Shown one piece after another: positions 35,601 through 40,478 of a stretch of DNA of 40,478 bases. A program made the position numbers and the translations under genes. This DNA comes from Sphaeroforma arctica JP610 (Eukaryota), in NCBI RefSeq assembly GCF_001186125.1, contig NW_014040429.1:1-40478 (forward strand), read 5' to 3'. Under the pieces are notes generated by a model, which worked only from the letters and a program-made list of their open reading frames with translations, had not been told where the DNA came from and made no database searches. Position 1 is the stretch's first letter, and each line of letters starts with the position of its first letter.

Positions 35601-38600
35601 ACGGCTCCAATAGCCGCTCCACTTGACGCTACGTGCTGAGCAGTACTGGAGCACTTGCCGTTCTAACGAGCGTAGAGGATTCAAGATACATACATACGCC
35701 AGAAGCACCCCATAATAAAGAAAACTTATAACAAGTAATCTGCGAATGCAAAGAATATCTAAGGAGGATGTGAGCAGACTAAGGGTGGAACAGTGCCAAC
35801 ACCCATCTCAAATCGGTCAGAAGCAAAACAATGGAAATAAAAATGTGCGTTCGTATGACAATGGGAACGAAAATAAGTGTTCGTACGAATCATAATACAT
35901 TAAGCCTCTCTAGGGCAGGTCAAACATACTATATATATATCTGAGACACCATCCTCTCGGAGTATTCTGTCCAGTCTGGGGAAGTTCGAGTGCCACGCAG
36001 TGCTCGAATCCTGCGATGTGTTCCTTCGTATACAGAGGTATGTAATTAATTGGATAGCGAGCGAATGATACTCTAGCTATAGTACCTCGATCGTGGATCA
36101 TACGGAAGAATAGTCACGAGAAACTATCAATACTTGACTCCCAAAGCTGTAGCGCGCTACTGCTAAACTATACGGCTGTAACAAGGTCTTAGTAATAAGC
36201 GAAGCAGAATGAAGCAGGGAAGCACAGAACCGACTGTCACTTACTGATCGAACATGACCACAAATTTGTATGTATTTCGTTTGGCCCAAAAGGCTTTGGC
36301 ATCGTCCTCGATATTCATGTCAATGTCCTTCAACACCAGGCTGTAATGTGAGGATGAGGGAAACGAGTACGATTGAACGATATGTGATGGTAGGCTCTCA
36401 GACCTGAATACTTCACAAAGGACATATATATATAAATATATATAAAGTTGAAAATATAAAATGCTAAAACGTCGTTAAGCAGTGAATTTCAAATATCAAG
36501 TCGTTAACGATCGCAAACTATATGCACAATGTAAAGGGGCATCTCAGGGATACCGCTGACATTCATTCGGAAATCGCGGACACAACAGTACACGCCCTAA
36601 TGCACATCAAATGGGAATGGAGATTGTATCAAATCGAGTGCGTGTGTGATCTCAGACACAATGTAGTTGCAATGACAGCCACAGGTATACTCACTTACTT
36701 GTTCTTGGTAAGAACCTCTTCCGGGACACTCACGCTATGAGAATTGTGTATTGTCTTAATATGCAATGACTTATATATCCTGATTGAGCGAGTGTCTAGT
36801 AATAAGACGCTGTTTTCGCTTTCCATCCAACCGTAGACGTCTCTGGGCTGCACATAGCGAGCTGTTTTATTAGGACTGTGCATTTGCAAAATGAGCAAAT
36901 TATAGAAAATACATGAGTAGATAATAGCACTTGACAGCCGCTTGTGCGGTAGCCATTAATGATGAATTGACCGTGGTAAGATACGGGTCTGGTGGATAAC
37001 CTTATTGATTGAGACTATGAGCAAGATGTGACACTAGAGCTATAGGCAGCCGCTTCGCATCTATGTGCTGCTCGATTGTATCGCAAACAAGAATACGTAA
37101 CGCCGCCAGTCCCACTTAATAAGCAATTTATTCCTGTAAACGATATCATGACCTAGCACAGACATTCTTTTTTGGTTTTTTGGTTTTTTGTTTTCGGAAA
37201 ATTCACCCGAGTCTTCAGCGGGTTTATGTACCCAAGCCCTCAGTGTATTCTGCAACCAGAGAAAGAGACGAGTACAAAACATACAGCTATACAAATGAAC
37301 ATGTGCTAGAACAAAAGCAAAACTATTTGATCCAAAAGTGCGGAGAGTACATCTGCGTAATAGTACGGTACGACAGAGGTTCGATACATAAGACCGTGAA
37401 GCAGTGCACATTCAGACTTACTTTGACGTTGATGAACCCGAGCCAGAACTACTTAGCTGCGTGTCCTTCATAGGCTGAGATTTCTGTTCAGCGAAGCAAT
37501 ACTGTCGGAGATGAGCACGACTAAACTGGTTGGTCCCAATTCCGAGCATTAAAAAATCCCCCAATGCTCTAAAGCTGATGGAGATGAACCTCCAGATATC
37601 TAACATTGTGCTCGTGACAAAAACTTGATCGATGGGAAAACAGTGCTTCAACCCTGGCTGGTGAAGGTTTTTCTCTCAAAACAGGTTGCCCGAAAACCAG
37701 CCACTAAGAGTTCGTTCGCCTCTATCGACTACGACAATAAATGCATCCTTCCTGGTACTAATCCCATATACACGTGCTATATTCAAACTCACCCCTAAAT
37801 CGAAAGCATACGGTGTTGTTGTTCTGGCTAGTTCTTCTTCTTTCTGACACTCCGCTTCAGCCTTCTTCGTTTCCTCCTTTAACCTTATGTATCTAAGTTT
37901 CAGTTGATCTTTCAGTACCTCGGCGCGCTTGAAAGCTTGCTCTAAACGCTGTTGAATACAACGATAAAGGTATCAATACGAGCAAAACTGATATTAATAA
38001 TATATGGATGGTTGTTGAACCCCCCTTAGTGCCTGGATAAAGTGCACAGCTTCCACGGATGCATTGATTGGGATACATAGTGCAGTGGACAGCAAATAGA
38101 ATGCTCAACCGGCAATTCATGAGGATACTATGTGGATAGCTTGCTGTGAAAGCGAGAAGACGCCCCCATTTCTATGCATTTTGGGATGTGACCTAATGCC
38201 AATAATATCTCATAGGCAACAAACATTTGTCTACGTACCCCCCAAAATGGATCACCAAATACTCATATACAATATCACCGAAACACACGAATTGATTGGG
38301 CTTATCCTCCAGCGTAACTCAGTATAAGTTAGTGGGCGGCCAAACGCAAGTTATTAGGAAACAGCCAAACCTGCACATCTCAACACACCCTCTTAAAATC
38401 AGGACTTGATTGCACTCCCAGGGTCATCGAATCTCTGCAAAAAAATTTGTGGTGAAGACAGCTTGAGCAATTTAGTGCAAAATTCTAACAGGGATTAGGA
38501 ATACACCATCAATATCAATTCTTAATTCGATTCGCGACATGCGGGCAATCCTGGGCGTGAGAGTCGATAGAAATTACACTACCGAGATATAATTCTCAAA

Positions 38601-40190
38601 TCAGCAAAAAAAAAAAATATCGCATCGCAACCAAACAATCATGAAGGCTGATCCATCCAAAAAGAACAAAAAAAGCTAACTTAACGCCTTATTTGCAACC
38701 ATTCAGCTACTCGCTGCTCACAAGGTTCAATGTGCACATGCTTCAGCAGGGAATAACGAACATACTCTATAAACATTAGAAGCAGCACGCACTGTCGCTC
38801 TTGATCTTTCTGCTCTTTGGCGTCAAGAAACTGTCGAAAGAAAATAACAAGCAGATAACAGGTCAACCAATGCCTGGAGACAGAGAGGTGAGCTAGACGC
38901 TTTGTGCCAAAGAAACTGCGATTCCCATCGGAAGTCACCGATTTTTGAACTTACCAAGTATACAATGAGAACAGAATTGGTTACCAAAAAGGAGGGAAAC
39001 ACAATTCGACAAAAATGAGCTATGTTGAGACTTGGTCAAGAAGTGAAACAATGCGAAATCTAAGTCGCATGCGAACCAAACAAGAAAGAGACCCGTTAGG
39101 CGTGCTGGACGCCATTGCTGTCGGGATGTGCGTGACATTTGTAAAGGACTTTAATTTCCTCTCGCACACAAGACGGCACTGGCACGTGTGCAATATACAC
39201 ATACACCTAACGAGTCGAGCACACCACATTCAGCCGGAAACCACACAAATCATAAATACACACAGATGCGCACAGTCGCAGACAACCGACCTTGCTACAT
39301 CATGAAACTATAGTAATACTTTGGTTAATGTAAACACAATCATAAAGGGAGACATACCGCAGTCCACATACGGTTAAGAAACTCGATCTGTTGTTTCTTC
39401 GTCTGGTTCGCGGGTATTTTTGATTTGCACATAGAGTTCAACTCCTTCCAACTCTTCGCCTGGCAGTGAGAATAGCGCCAGAGTGGGGAGAAAACATAAG
39501 CATTTCGGAAACGAATCAAAACCATAGGCGTACATTACACTGGAGTGTTCCGTGAGTGGCTCAGAAGAAATCCAAACAAGTGTATATAAATCATAATGAA
39601 TATGCGCATATGCCCATTAAATGATATAGGTACGAGCTGGACTATATATATACGAGAATATACTCAGCCGTAAATCGCTGATATGTCCATTGGATTATTG
39701 TCTTAAAAGTGAATGTGGATTTTTGTACCAGTATTTATATATGCTTGCGCGAAACTTGGTAAAGTTAGGTCGTATATATTATTTTTATACACTTTGTTCA
39801 CCGAAAAAAAATTGTCTAGATACAGACGATTGGATACTACACATGTGAAGGTATGATACCCTATATATATCTAGTCTTACAGCTACATATGTAAAACCAC
39901 AGACTGGATCCTTTGTACAAGGCTCATGCAAAAAAACCAATAACAAGTACAGGTAAGAAAAGAAAAAACGAGACCGAAGTGAACAAGATACATAAATATA
40001 TCAAAATAAGAACATGGTCGTACACAACATGTATGCCTCTATAGACGCATATAAAATACACTGCGTGCATGTGTCTATGACTGCTTGTAAATAGTCAAAA
40101 CCCCAACACACCGTTACGTGATATGTATCTCAGACACTCAAAACTAACCTTAGACTCATATCCGAATGCAAATAGTAAAATATTGGCCAT
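26682..40190 (-). CDS. USP8: Ubiquitin carboxyl-terminal hydrolase 8-like (USP8/Doa4 type), 22 exons, ~796 aa
   Basis: Exons 40190-40149 (tentative first), 39459-39358, 38830-38766, 38434-38389, 37948-37793, 37474-37422, 36875-36699, 36340-36245, 36023-35930, 35239-35122, 34583-34437, 33883-33804, 33417-33315, 32547-32336, 31080-30940, 29934-29743, 29030-28885, 28342-28187, 27701-27620, 27362-27332, 27073-26985, 26744-26682; 2391 nt in frame. Cys box [40 protein letters not shown], His box [15 protein letters not shown]; rhodanese LLLDTR...[12 protein letters not shown]-terminal KELN...LKLRY as in the USP8 MIT region. Confidence 0.93.
27828..27912. repeat. 22-bp intronic minisatellite x4
   Basis: TATGGGTGTGTTGTG(T/G)GAAGGT-like unit. 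Confidence 0.9.
29310..29650. repeat. 33-bp intronic minisatellite x10
   Basis: AACATAGATACTCTAGCCTTAATCAATGAATTC at 29325, 29358, 29391, 29424, 29457, 29491, 29524, 29557, 29591, 29624. Confidence 0.95.
29955..30585. repeat. Compound degenerate intronic repeats
   Basis: AATAGGGTGATAGAATAATGCAGGTAAC units, GGAATAGTCCAATAGTAGGTGAAA units, and a 48-bp duplication TGATAGTGGAGTGAA...AAGTT at ~30480-30583. Confidence 0.85.
31237..32034. other. Assembly gap inside a USP8 intron
   Basis: Run of N. The flanking exons join as [14 protein letters not shown], so no catalytic-domain exon appears to be missing. Confidence 1.
34073..34135. repeat. 35-bp tandem duplication
   Basis: TAAACAAATGTCTTGGATAGTYATACGG x2. 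Confidence 0.9.
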
Positions 40191-40478
40191 AAAATACATA
40201 AAAAACAATGCACACAACAGACCACTATTTTCCAGATACACAAACTTGTACACGTCACACTAAAGAGTATTTGAAGAGAAAAAATCCAATGTAGTTGATT
40301 TATGATGTCTCCTGCTATACCCCCACGTGAATGCGAACTGAAATGTTCGATGCTCGGGCATATTAAAAATTACAACTTTGCACTAATATTCTCTTCCAAA
40401 GAACACAACACAAATAGCCAAAGCACCAATTTGGACAGTCATATATATCCACCGTATAAATATATATATACATATATA

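Noticed and set aside
7170..40190. Proteostasis 'cluster' (CCT8, U-box E3, USP8)
   Set aside because: These gene classes are common and nothing in the sequence indicates co-regulation; conserved synteny would be needed.

Overview
Intron-rich eukaryotic DNA with GT-AG introns, (AT)n microsatellites and three N gaps; the style suggests a unicellular opisthokont/holozoan, which is inference only. Spliced by hand on the minus strand: a 10-exon CCT8 chaperonin subunit (7170-14731), a 22-exon USP8-like deubiquitinase (26682-~40190; MIT-like + rhodanese + USP domains) and a 4-exon gene the ORF track misses, encoding a ~193-aa protein with one hydrophobic anchor and a C-terminal U-box (19877-22212). 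On the plus strand: an acidic protein with ~12 25-aa repeats split by a 1-nt frameshift (3514-6187) and a ~1025-aa orphan ORF (15823-18900). Two gene-free islands (~990-3200 and ~22500-26400) share a dispersed CATAGCCT motif that also occurs as inverted pairs, short 'stutter' duplications and decayed coding-like fragments; they probably represent an uncharacterised mobile-element graveyard. I saw no rRNA, tRNA or CRISPR array.
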